A stretch of 32,000 bases of DNA from NCBI RefSeq assembly GCF_000195755.1, contig NC_002937.3, positions 3,480,001-3,512,000 on the forward strand. The letters are read 5' to 3'. The position numbers were made by a program, and so were the translations under genes. Source of the DNA: Nitratidesulfovibrio vulgaris str. Hildenborough. Lineage in GTDB: Bacteria; Desulfobacterota; Desulfovibrionia; Desulfovibrionales; Desulfovibrionaceae. The notes beneath the pieces are model-generated. The model was not told the DNA's origin and searched no databases. It worked only from the letters and a program-made list of their open reading frames with translations. Positions 18,390-26,509 of the stretch are shown one piece after another (position 1 is the stretch's first letter; each line of letters starts with the position of its first letter).

Positions 18390-18426
18390 AAGGGCGACCT
18401 TCCACTGGGGAGGTCGCCCTTTCATT
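18390..18426 (+). terminator. rho-independent terminator of putA
   Basis: 11-bp stem AAGGGCGACCT / AGGTCGCCCTT with a 10-nt loop, followed by TTCATT. It starts 74 nt after the stop. Confidence 0.7.
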
Positions 18427-18574
18427 GCGCAACGCAACGCGGCGCGATGCATCAGAAGGATGGTACCGGACGACCGGGTGCCGCCACCTGCTGCCAGACA
18501 TGGGGTCTCCCGGCACGTTCCGCACAGGCTGACCGGCAGCGTGAGTCACTGCCAGACAACCGCGATGCCGGACA

Positions 18575-18991
18575 TTACGCGCCGGAGGATTCTCCTCCAG
18601 CGGTAGGCACTGTGCCCCCGCCCGAAGCCACGTGGTCAGCCCCGGACGCTGCGTGACCCTCTTCACGTGTCGCCCCCCTTGCAGACAACCCTCGCGGCGA
18701 GACATCACTACCGCAGTACCGACACAGGACCGCTTCCGGGAGGATGGCTTCGGCGCAGTAGGGACAAGGGAAGCGAACACGTTCCGCCGCAAGGTTGGCC
18801 ACCATCTCGCGCACCACAAGGTCGGGAAGTCCCAGCACGAACATCGCGCCGATGAAATTGACCAGCGGGCACCACGCGAGGAACCCCCACCAGAAACCCC
18901 GGTAGCCCTTGCGCCGTGCCAGCACGTGGATGACCACCCCGTTTATTGCGTACATGATCAGCAGATAGAAAAGCAAAGCCGCCAGTTCCAT
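18575..18991 (-). CDS. small membrane protein with a C-terminal zinc-ribbon (CPYC...CRYC)
   Basis: I prefer the second Met (MELAALLFYLL...) because GGAGGAA sits 8 nt upstream of it. Two hydrophobic helices, then CPYCAEAILPEAVLCRYCG, then a low-complexity Gly/Ala/Ser tail. Confidence 0.55.
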   Translation of the reverse strand: MELAALLFYLLIMYAINGVVIHVLARRKGYRGFWWGFLAWCPLVNFIGAMFVLGLPDLVVREMVANLAAERVRFPCPYCAEAILPEAVLCRYCGSDVSPRGLSARGATREEGHAASGADHVASGGGTVPTAGGESSGA

Positions 18992-19224
18992 GTTCGATTC
19001 CTCCATAGTTCACGCTGAACTACCATACATCGCGCCAAGATATAAGACATGCGATTAATAATGGCATGTCAGCGATTGCTCTCACGCCGCACTGGACATA
19101 TCTGGACTAGTGCAGTCCGGCATACATCCAGAAGAGTCGAGACCGACCCTTCCGGCTGGATGCGCATGTCCATTCGCACTCCTCCACCTCGACCGTCAGG
19201 GCATCATCCATACAAGGAGCCTCC

Positions 19225-19683
19225 ATGGTACGTTTCATGGCACTCACCGCGGCGTTTCTGCTGACCTTCGTCACCACGGCCCATGCCTTTCTCGGCTTCG
19301 GGGGCAAATACGAACGTGTCCGCGCCGAAGACGGCATCGTCTCCGTCTCCGCGACCGACGCCTCTACGGGCAAGGCGACGTTCTACAGGTATGAGGCCAA
19401 GGGCGGGGAGGTCCGCTTCTTTCTGGTGAAAAGCCCCGACGGGCGGCTGCGTGCCGCACTCGACGCCTGTGACGTGTGCTTCCATGCGGGCAAGGGGTAC
19501 GAACAGAAGGGCGACCGCATGCGATGCGTCAACTGCGGCATGGAATTCCACGCCAACCGTATCGGGGACGTGAAGGGCGGCTGCAACCCTCATCCGCTTC
19601 CCTTCGCGGTTGAAGGCGACACCGTACGCATCGCCGCGGCAGACCTCGAGGCGGGCACCCGCTACTTCCCGGCAGGCCGATGA
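19225..19683 (+). CDS. DUF2318-like Cys-rich exported or anchored protein (FetD/COG4393 C-terminal-domain-like)
   Basis: SD AAGGAG lies 5 nt upstream. Signal or anchor peptide MVRFMALTAAFLLTFVTTAHA. Motif DACDVCFHAGKGYEQKGDRMRCVNCGMEF....GGCNPHPLP. The family assignment is from memory. Confidence 0.7.
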   Translation: MVRFMALTAAFLLTFVTTAHAFLGFGGKYERVRAEDGIVSVSATDASTGKATFYRYEAKGGEVRFFLVKSPDGRLRAALDACDVCFHAGKGYEQKGDRMRCVNCGMEFHANRIGDVKGGCNPHPLPFAVEGDTVRIAAADLEAGTRYFPAGR

Positions 19684-21146
19684 ACCTTCTCACCATTCCG
19701 GTACGCTGCCTGCGTACCCGCTGGTTGCGGACGCTGACGCTCTTTGCCGTGTTCACGCTGGGGGTGTCGTCCATCGTCGCCCTGCATGAAGTCTCCAAGG
19801 TGGTGGGAGACAGTTTCGAACGAAAACTCACCAGCTTCGGGGCGAACATCCTCGTGGCACCGCACCGCGAGACGCTCAACGTGAGTTACGGCGGCTTCTC
19901 CCTCGGTGACGTGCTTCTCGACACGGGCAGGATGCCCCTGACCGGGACACTCGAACGCATCGGTTCGATACCGCTGAAGGCCAACCTCGCCGCGGTAGCC
20001 CCCAAATTGCTCGCCACGGGTCGTGCCACCCCTCTCGTCGGCGGGTGGGCACCTCCCGCACCCGCCACCGACGCGCATGCGGCGATGGGTCACACCAACA
20101 TGGCGCAGGCGGCAGATGGGCACGCATCCCCTGAAGAGCCCCGCCCCGCTTCGCCGCCCGATTCGCACCCCAATACGCCGCACCCCGCGCAGCCCGGTTC
20201 ACAGCCTGAAGCGCAGCACGGGGCAGGGCACCCCCGAACCGGAATCCGCGACGCCGCCCCCATGGACGCAAGAACCCACGCTCAAGGGACGCAGCCACTG
20301 GCTTATGCGCCCGAAGAGTCACCACATGAGGCACCTGTGCCCATCGCAGTGGTGGGTGTGGACTGGGTGCAGGAACGCGCCCTCAAGGGATTCTGGAATG
20401 TCTTCGGGCGGTTCCCGCATGGCCCGGGAGAAGTGGTTCTGGGGCACGCGGCGGCAATGCGGCTTGGCATAGGCCCCGGGGGAACCATACGGCTTGGCGA
20501 GCGGGAACTGCCTGTGACAGGGGTGCTCGACGCCACGGGCAGCGACGATGACGGCGTGGCCTTCACCGACATCGCCACGGTGCAGCAGGCCACGGCACGA
20601 CACGACCAGGCCAGCTTCATCGAAGTGGCGGCCCTGTGTTCCGGATGCCCCATCGACGACATCGTGGCCCAGCTGGCACAGGCGGCACCCGGCCTCGACA
20701 TACGCGCCCTGCGCCATGTGGTGGAACAGCGCATGTATTCCGTGCGCTTCGCGCAAGACCTCGCCCTCACCGTCAGTGTGGTCATCCTGCTCACGGCATG
20801 CTCCATGGTGGTGATGTCCATGCTTTCGTCCGTCAACGAACGGAAGCGGGAGATAGGCATCCTGCGCTCGGTGGGGTTCTCTCGCGCGCACGTGTTCGCC
20901 GTGTTCGCCGTGGAGGCGCTCATGGTGGGTGTGGCATCGGGTGCTGTCGGCTATGCCAGCGGGCATGTACTTGCCGGACGCATCATCGACGCCCTGCATC
21001 TCGGCGACGGCGCAGCCCCCCCCTTCGACCCGGTGTGGCTGGTGCTCACCACGGCGGGCATCGCCCTGCTGTCCACGCTGGCAGCGGCCTTCCCTGCATG
21101 GAAGGCATCGCGTGTGGAACCCGCCGAGGCACTCGTGGCCCTGTAA
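19680..21146 (+). CDS. ABC transporter permease, FtsX/MacB-like, with a ~100-aa His/Pro-rich insertion
   Basis: ATGA overlap with the upstream gene. N-terminal TM segment, a large extracytoplasmic domain and a C-terminal FtsX module (REIGILRSVGFSRAHVF plus three TM segments). A CSGC pair sits in the extracytoplasmic domain. Confidence 0.85.
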   Translation: MNLLTIPVRCLRTRWLRTLTLFAVFTLGVSSIVALHEVSKVVGDSFERKLTSFGANILVAPHRETLNVSYGGFSLGDVLLDTGRMPLTGTLERIGSIPLKANLAAVAPKLLATGRATPLVGGWAPPAPATDAHAAMGHTNMAQAADGHASPEEPRPASPPDSHPNTPHPAQPGSQPEAQHGAGHPRTGIRDAAPMDARTHAQGTQPLAYAPEESPHEAPVPIAVVGVDWVQERALKGFWNVFGRFPHGPGEVVLGHAAAMRLGIGPGGTIRLGERELPVTGVLDATGSDDDGVAFTDIATVQQATARHDQASFIEVAALCSGCPIDDIVAQLAQAAPGLDIRALRHVVEQRMYSVRFAQDLALTVSVVILLTACSMVVMSMLSSVNERKREIGILRSVGFSRAHVFAVFAVEALMVGVASGAVGYASGHVLAGRIIDALHLGDGAAPPFDPVWLVLTTAGIALLSTLAAAFPAWKASRVEPAEALVAL

Positions 21147-21181
21147 GGCCTACGCGGGCCACGACGCCTCCGCGTGAGGCC
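21147..21181 (+). other. GC-rich hairpin immediately after the permease stop (possible intra-operon attenuator or processing site)
   Basis: GGCCTACGCGG (21147-21157) pairs with CCGCGTGAGGCC (21170-21181) with a 1-nt bulge. A second hairpin follows: GGTTGTTGCCG / CGGCAACAGCC at 21263-21291. Confidence 0.35.
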
Positions 21182-21365
21182 GATATCCCGGCACAGCCCT
21201 GCAACGGGCCTCCGGCAACAGGGCAGGCATTGTGCTGCTGACACGCAACCGCAACACGGAACGGTTGTTGCCGATGTGAACGGCAACAGCCATTCCGCAA
21301 CCTGCCGGCCACGCGCGACCATGCCGTCCGCCAACACCGCCGACCCGAATCTCAAAAACGGAGAC

Positions 21366-22031
21366 ATGATGCTCGAAGCCCGCCATATCACCAAAAGCCA
21401 TCCCGGTGCGCACAGTCCGGTACTGTATGACACCAGCCTCTCCGTGGCGGAAGGGGAGTTCATCGCCGTCGTCGGCAGGTCGGGTTCGGGCAAGAGCACG
21501 CTCCTCAACGTGCTGGCGTCATTGAGCCTGCCCGACAGCGGGCATGTGCTCTACGAAGGCGAAGACATCACCACCGCCACGGAAGCCCGCCGCAACGCAT
21601 TGCGTCACAGGGACTTCGCCGTCATCTTCCAGCAGCACCACCTCATGCCCTATCTCAGCGCCCTTGAGAACGTGCTGCTGCCCTTCATGGCGAGCCTCAC
21701 GCCCATCCCGGCACCGTTGCGCGACAAGGGACGCGACGTGCTGACGCGCGTGGGATTGGCGGGCCGTGCTGACGCACTGCCGGGGCAACTTTCGGGGGGT
21801 GAACAGCAACGGGTGGCCATCGCCCGCGCCCTCGTCCGTGACGCCCGCATCCTGTTCGCCGACGAACCCACGGGCAGCCTCGACTCCGCAACCGGTGACG
21901 ACGTGATGCAGCTTTTGCAGACACTGAACGGGGGAGGGCTGACCATCGTCATGGTCACACACAACGCCGAATATGCCAGCCTCGCGCACCGCACGCTGCA
22001 TATGGCCGACGGCTGCCTTCGCCCTGCCTGA
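21366..22031 (+). CDS. ABC transporter ATP-binding protein (MacB/LolD-like)
   Basis: Motifs: Walker [10 protein letters not shown], signature [15 protein letters not shown], Walker [14 protein letters not shown]-loop VTHN. The start is at the MM pair. GGAG at 21360-21363 favours ATG 21369 or 21366. The upstream part of ORF 21174.. looks non-coding. Confidence 0.88.
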   Translation: MMLEARHITKSHPGAHSPVLYDTSLSVAEGEFIAVVGRSGSGKSTLLNVLASLSLPDSGHVLYEGEDITTATEARRNALRHRDFAVIFQQHHLMPYLSALENVLLPFMASLTPIPAPLRDKGRDVLTRVGLAGRADALPGQLSGGEQQRVAIARALVRDARILFADEPTGSLDSATGDDVMQLLQTLNGGGLTIVMVTHNAEYASLAHRTLHMADGCLRPA

Positions 22032-22265
22032 CGGGCATGTCCGCGCCATTCTGCGGCGTGGCACGGCAACCTTTTCGGCATCCGGAACCCGGCATGCCCG
22101 ACAGCGCCCGATGGCAATCGGCAGCCCCCGTCAGTACCTGTTGCGCGGCGACACGCCGCACACATGACGATGCTGGCACATGCAACCGCAAGCCGCATCC
22201 GACCTCCGCGCTCGGCCCGGCATCCTCCGGCCCCCCGCGGATGATGGCCGCGCCACGAACACGAA

Positions 22266-22300
22266 CGTCCGCAAGCCCCTGTCAGAGGCGCTTGCGGACG
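22266..22300. terminator. 11-bp perfect hairpin between convergent operons
   Basis: CGTCCGCAAGC / GCTTGCGGACG with a 13-nt loop. The minus-strand side is followed by the T-enriched TTCGTGTTCGTG. Confidence 0.4.
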
Positions 22301-22350
22301 CGTTGTCATAGGCAGATTCGGGCGCAGCCCATGCTGCGCAGGGGGGCATG

Positions 22351-22405
22351 CATCATGCAGGCGTCATGCAGGCATCATGCAGGCTTCATGCAGGCTTCAA
22401 GCTGC
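22351..22405. repeat. 11-bp tandem repeat, 4 good copies plus 1 degenerate (NNTCATGCAGG)
   Basis: Copies: catcatgcagg, cgtcatgcagg, catcatgcagg, cttcatgcagg, cttcaagctgc. They are head-to-tail and lie 18 nt beyond the stop of the distal SMR gene, in a non-coding spacer. Confidence 0.85.
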
Positions 22406-22422
22406 CGTGGCGACACCCCCGG

Positions 22423-22755
22423 CTAGGCCAGATGCAGGAGTGCCATGCCGCCGATGAGCAGTGCCATGCCCGCCCACGCGGCAGGCTTCAGACGCTGCCC
22501 GTGCAGCCACCAGCCGCCCAGCGAGGTGCCCAGAATGCCGAAGCCGCCCCACAGCGCATACGCCACCGCGAGGTCCATGCCACGCACCGCGTAGGCAAGG
22601 CAGGTGAAAGCCAGTCCCACCAGCACCAGCGCGCTGGACGCGAGACCCAGACGCCGGAATCCGTCAGACCGCGACAGCAGCAGGTTGGCCGCCACTTCCA
22701 GTGCAGCGGCGAGCATGACCGCCAGTACGAAACTCCACGCCATGAACATGCTCAT
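22423..22755 (-). CDS. SMR-family small multidrug/cation exporter subunit (second gene of the pair)
   Basis: 110 aa with four predicted TM helices. Membrane Glu in AALEVAANLLL. AYALWGGFGILGT motif. ATGA overlap with the upstream SMR gene. Confidence 0.85.
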   Translation of the reverse strand: MSMFMAWSFVLAVMLAAALEVAANLLLSRSDGFRRLGLASSALVLVGLAFTCLAYAVRGMDLAVAYALWGGFGILGTSLGGWWLHGQRLKPAAWAGMALLIGGMALLHLA

Positions 22756-23135
22756 ATCCGTCCCTCGCCGCCGGAGGCAGCCTCTGCCTCTTCATCGTCC
22801 CTGCCGTGTGCGGTGCCATGGTGCACCAGCAGCGTACCCGCCAGCACCATGCCAAGGGCGGCAAGGCGCATGGCATCAAGCCGTTCGTCGAGCAACGTCA
22901 CGCTGACGATGGTGATGAGCGTGAGGCCGAGGCCTTCCCAGAAGGCATAGGCAACGCCCACGGGCAGCTTCACCACCGCACGGGCGAGAAAGAAGTACGA
23001 AAGCCCCAGCAGCAGGTACATGCAGCCCATGCCGAGCAAAGGCCACGTCTCCTGCGAGAGTTTCATCACGCTTGTGCCCGCCACCTCGAAGACGATGGAA
23101 GCGAGCAGGCACAGCCAGTAGTAGGTCGTTGACAT
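22752..23135 (-). CDS. SMR-family small multidrug/cation exporter subunit (first gene of the pair)
   Basis: The homologous start is MSTTYYWLCLLASIVFEVAGTSVMK at Met 78 of ORF 22752..23366, with the conserved Glu in FEVAGT. Also VGVAYAFWEGLG. Acidic C-terminal tail. Confidence 0.85.
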   Translation of the reverse strand: MSTTYYWLCLLASIVFEVAGTSVMKLSQETWPLLGMGCMYLLLGLSYFFLARAVVKLPVGVAYAFWEGLGLTLITIVSVTLLDERLDAMRLAALGMVLAGTLLVHHGTAHGRDDEEAEAASGGEGRI

Positions 23136-23877
23136 GGGAACCTCATCATGCGTCTGCATACGCATGTCATGCGGAACTCCCCGCCCGCACCCGTGACGAC
23201 ACGCACGGCGAACCACGATGCAAGGGGTGCCGCGCCATCCGTCAAGGATGGGCAAGCAGGAGATCACAACACCCGTCCAGCCGAAAGGATGCCTGACCTT
23301 GGCCCTGTGAGGCCGGGGAGTGCGGTTGGTCTGAATGCCCCCGCCCCATGCAAGGGGCTTCACCACGCCCTGACGGGGCGAAGGCTAGAGGGGCGATAGC
23401 CGGAACACACAACGCGCGAACGACGGAAACGCCGTTCCTGCGTAGGCGCAATCGGCCTACAGCGCAGAGCGCCAGTAGCGTTCTTCGGCGGAGATGACGC
23501 GCAGGGATGAGCGCGTCGGTATGGGGCGGGCATGGAACATGCTTTTTCGATACCATGAATCTATTGTGCACGCAAACAGCGCAGGGGCGCTGCCGAGGCA
23601 CACGCCAAGCCATCTTCGCGCCGTGGCCCTTCGGGGCATACGACCACGACTGGCCCTCCGGTGCTTGCCATTGCCAAGGGCGATGCGGGCATCGGGCCGC
23701 CTCAAGCCTCTGCGGGCCTGTATCTGCACATGGATGTTGCCCATCGTTGCACTGTGCCATCTCCCGCAGACCGTTGATGCGTCCATCCATACGCTACCAT
23801 GCTGCGTCATCCCGCCTTCTTGCCCCGACCCGTCTTTCCGGCTGGGCAACAGCAAGGCGTTGTGAACCACTTTGGTA

Positions 23878-23906
23878 TTGATTTAGATTTTCAATTTCAG
23901 TATCAA
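23878..23906 (+). promoter_or_regulatory. candidate sigma-70 promoter of the P-type ATPase operon (TTGATT-N17-TATCAA)
   Basis: Sits in the only AT-rich patch of the spacer. The -10 box ends 57 nt upstream of the ATG at 23964. The two hexamers are also mutually palindromic (TTGAT...ATCAA). Confidence 0.35.
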
Positions 23907-23963
23907 GCGCGGTATCCAATCATCGCGCACACCATCCGCGTGCGCCCAAGCAAGGAGCCTTCG

Positions 23964-24239
23964 ATGAACGAGAACATGAAGTACGGCCTCTTACTACTCG
24001 GCGGCGTAGCCATCGGCGCACTGGGCGCGGTCGCCCTCGGCAAGGGCAAGATAGACCTCAAGCCCGTGGTGACCGACCTGCTTGGCAAGGGCATCGACCT
24101 CAAGGAAAAGGTGATGACCACCATGGAGACCGCCCGCGAGAACATGGAAGACCTCATGGCGGAAGCCACCCATGCAGCTGAGACCCGCAAAGCAGCGCAG
24201 GAGACCACCCCCGAGGAGCCCGCCAAGGCCGGGGCGTGA
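23964..24239 (+). CDS. small N-terminally anchored helical protein (91 aa), first gene of the ATPase operon
   Basis: SD AAGGAG lies 6 nt upstream. TM segment YGLLLLGGVAIGALGAVAL, then a charged helical region (KEKVMTTMETARENMEDLMAEATHAAETRK). Its stop overlaps the ATPase GTG (GTGA). Confidence 0.7.
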   Translation: MNENMKYGLLLLGGVAIGALGAVALGKGKIDLKPVVTDLLGKGIDLKEKVMTTMETARENMEDLMAEATHAAETRKAAQETTPEEPAKAGA

Positions 24240-26509
24240 CGGTAGCGGGCATGGACTTCCGCATCGTTCACGAGATTCCGGGGCGTGTGCGTCTGCGCGC
24301 GCCCCGAGGCTTCGATGAAGGCTTCGGGGCGCATCTGGCGTCCGTCGTCGAAGCTGTCGAAGGCGTCACCGGCTGCCGCTGCACCCCGCGCACCGGAAGC
24401 CTGCTCTTCAACCATGCCGGGGCTTCCTCTCGCGCCGCAGCCCTGCGCGCAGTGGCAGAAGCCTCTGCTGGCAGCGCCCCTTGCACTGGCGATGCCGAAA
24501 TCCACCACAGGCGGCATCACCCCTCATGCCAACGGGATGCAGCCCAACGTACGCGCCGCCAGCAGGCCCGCAGGGCGGGGCGCGCACAGGGTGCCCCCCG
24601 GCAGGCCTGCGATGCCCGACACGTGTGCGTGCCTTCCGGTCAGGGGGCTTTCGCAGTCGCTGGGCAGGGCATGGGGCACGGGCCGGGGATGGGTCTAGGC
24701 CGTCTGCTGCGCTATCTGCTGCTGCGCCCACTGCTGCCCGCCCCCGTGCGCATGGCGACCGCCCTTCTCAGGGCGACGCCGTTCATCACGCAGGGCCTGC
24801 GTTCACTGGCCCGCGGCAGACTCAGCGTCGACGTCCTCGACGCTGCGGCCATCGGCGTCTCGCTGCTGCGCCGCGACTTCAGGTCAGTGGGCACCATCAC
24901 CTTCCTGCTTGCCGTGGGGGAGGCACTGGAGGCGTGGACGCGCAAGGCCTCACGCGAGGGGCTTGCCGCCAGTCTCGCGCTGGATGTGGACACCATATGG
25001 GTGCGCCGCGGCGAGGCGGAGGTACAGGTGCCCCTCGCCTCGCTGGCTGACGGCGATGTGGTCGTCGTGCGCGCAGGCGGTGCCATCCCCGTCGACGGCG
25101 TGGTCGTCGACGGGGAGGCACTGGTCAATCAGGCCTCGATGACGGGCGAACCCCTTGGCGTCATGCGAGTGGCGGGCGCGGCCGTCTTTGCCGGGACGGT
25201 GGTCGAGGAGGGCACCCTTGGCATACGCGCCACGGGGGTGGGGCACGAGACGCGCCTCAGCCGCATCGTCGACTTCATCGAACGCTCGGAAGCGCTCAAG
25301 GCGGGTATTCAGGGCAAGGCCGAACGTCTGGCCGATGCCGTGGTGCCGTTCAGCTTCGCCCTTGCGGCGTCCGTCTGGCTGCTGACCCGCGACCCGGCGC
25401 GTGCCGCATCGGTACTGCTTGTGGACTATTCCTGCGCCATACGGCTTGCCACCCCACTGGCCATCCTGTCCGCCATGCGCGAAGGGGCCTCTCGCGGGGT
25501 GCTGGTGAAGGGCGGCCGCTTCCTCGAAGGGCTGGCGGCGGCGGACGCCGTCGTCTTCGACAAGACGGGGACTCTCACCGAGGCGCGTCCGCGCGTCACC
25601 GCCGTCATCCCCGCCGAGGGATTCGAACGCGATGACGTGCTGCGTATCGCCGCCTGCCTCGAAGAGCACTTCCCGCACCCGGTGGCGCGGGCGGTGGTGC
25701 ACAAGGCCGAAGAGCAACACCTGCAACACCACGAGGAACATGCCGAGGTCGAGTACGTGGTGGCCCACGGCATCGCCTCGCGCCTGCACGGGGAACGTGT
25801 GCTGGTGGGCAGCCACCACTTCGTCCACGAGGATGAGGGCGTTCCCGTATCGACCATGGACGAGGCTGTCGCCACGCTGTCCGCACAGGGGCACTCGGTG
25901 CTCTATCTTGCCATCGGAGGACGTCTCGCCGGAGTGCTTGGCATTGAAGACCCCCTGCGCCCCGAAGCCCCCGCCGTGGTCACGGCACTGCGTCAGTCGG
26001 GCGTGCGGCGCATCCTCATGCTCACCGGCGACGGTGAACGCACCGCCGCCGCAGTGGCAGCACGGCTGGGCATCGATGAATACCGGGCGCAGGTGTTGCC
26101 TGCCGACAAGGCGTTCGTCGTGCAGGAACTCAAGGCACAGGGGCACACGGTCATCATGGTCGGTGACGGCATCAACGACGCCCCGGCACTGTCGTCCGCC
26201 GACGTGGGGGTGACCCTGCGCGACGGCACCGACCTTGCCCGCGAAGTGGCAGACGTGGTGCTGCTGCACTGCGACCTCACCGACCTTGCCGTGGCACGTG
26301 AGCTTGGCAGACGCACGCTTGCGCGCATCCGCCACGGCTTCATCTCCACCATGACCCTCAACACGCTCTTTCTCGCGGCGGGGCTGGCGGGGCTGGCACG
26401 CCCCGGCGTCGCCGCCGTCCTGCACAACCTCACCACCGTGGGCGTGGCACTCAACGCCATGCGCCCCCTACTGCCCGCCATGGAAAGGGCCGGAGGCGAC
26501 ACCGCATGA
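24236..26509 (+). CDS. divergent heavy-metal (P1B-type) P-type ATPase with an HMA-like N-terminus and SCA instead of CPC
   Basis: Motifs: SMTGEP actuator motif, phosphorylation site FDKTGTLT, hinge GDGINDAPAL, FLLAVGEALE helix. The transmembrane metal-site motif reads DYSCAIRLATP (SCA at 25430-25438). N-terminal FRIVHEIPGRVRLR domain. The start is GTG 24236 or ATG 24251. Confidence 0.9.
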   Translation: MTVAGMDFRIVHEIPGRVRLRAPRGFDEGFGAHLASVVEAVEGVTGCRCTPRTGSLLFNHAGASSRAAALRAVAEASAGSAPCTGDAEIHHRRHHPSCQRDAAQRTRRQQARRAGRAQGAPRQACDARHVCVPSGQGAFAVAGQGMGHGPGMGLGRLLRYLLLRPLLPAPVRMATALLRATPFITQGLRSLARGRLSVDVLDAAAIGVSLLRRDFRSVGTITFLLAVGEALEAWTRKASREGLAASLALDVDTIWVRRGEAEVQVPLASLADGDVVVVRAGGAIPVDGVVVDGEALVNQASMTGEPLGVMRVAGAAVFAGTVVEEGTLGIRATGVGHETRLSRIVDFIERSEALKAGIQGKAERLADAVVPFSFALAASVWLLTRDPARAASVLLVDYSCAIRLATPLAILSAMREGASRGVLVKGGRFLEGLAAADAVVFDKTGTLTEARPRVTAVIPAEGFERDDVLRIAACLEEHFPHPVARAVVHKAEEQHLQHHEEHAEVEYVVAHGIASRLHGERVLVGSHHFVHEDEGVPVSTMDEAVATLSAQGHSVLYLAIGGRLAGVLGIEDPLRPEAPAVVTALRQSGVRRILMLTGDGERTAAAVAARLGIDEYRAQVLPADKAFVVQELKAQGHTVIMVGDGINDAPALSSADVGVTLRDGTDLAREVADVVLLHCDLTDLAVARELGRRTLARIRHGFISTMTLNTLFLAAGLAGLARPGVAAVLHNLTTVGVALNAMRPLLPAMERAGGDTA

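Noticed and set aside
19062-19080. Sigma-54-like TGGCATgtcagcgaTTGCT upstream of the DUF2318 operon.
   Set aside because: The GG and GC dinucleotides are separated by 13 nt instead of the invariant 10, so it cannot function as a -24/-12 promoter as written.
23136-23420. Possible guanidine-I/II/III riboswitch in the SMR operon leader.
   Set aside because: By eye I found no CUAGGGUUCCG / GGUCCGAGAG / ACACGG..GGGA...GCCCGGGAGA elements (type I). I found no pair of ACGR-loop hairpins (type II) and no CCGGACGAGG...GGUCAGGACAAGA pseudoknot (type III). GGTCAGGCA is only a partial resemblance. A covariance-model scan is still needed.
23845-23858. Weak GG-N10-GC match (GGGCAAcagcaagGCG) upstream of the ATPase operon.
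   Set aside because: Only the GGCA and GC core positions match, and the -12 box is AGGCG. A much better sigma-70-like promoter lies 20 nt downstream. Kept only as a remote alternative.
23242-23881. Four overlapping ORFs of 123-182 aa on both strands in the SMR/ATPase divergent region.
   Set aside because: They are mutually exclusive and have no SD. GC3 is only about 70% for the one I counted. Their Arg/Cys/His/Trp-rich compositions are unlike real proteins here. I treat the region as non-coding pending expression data.
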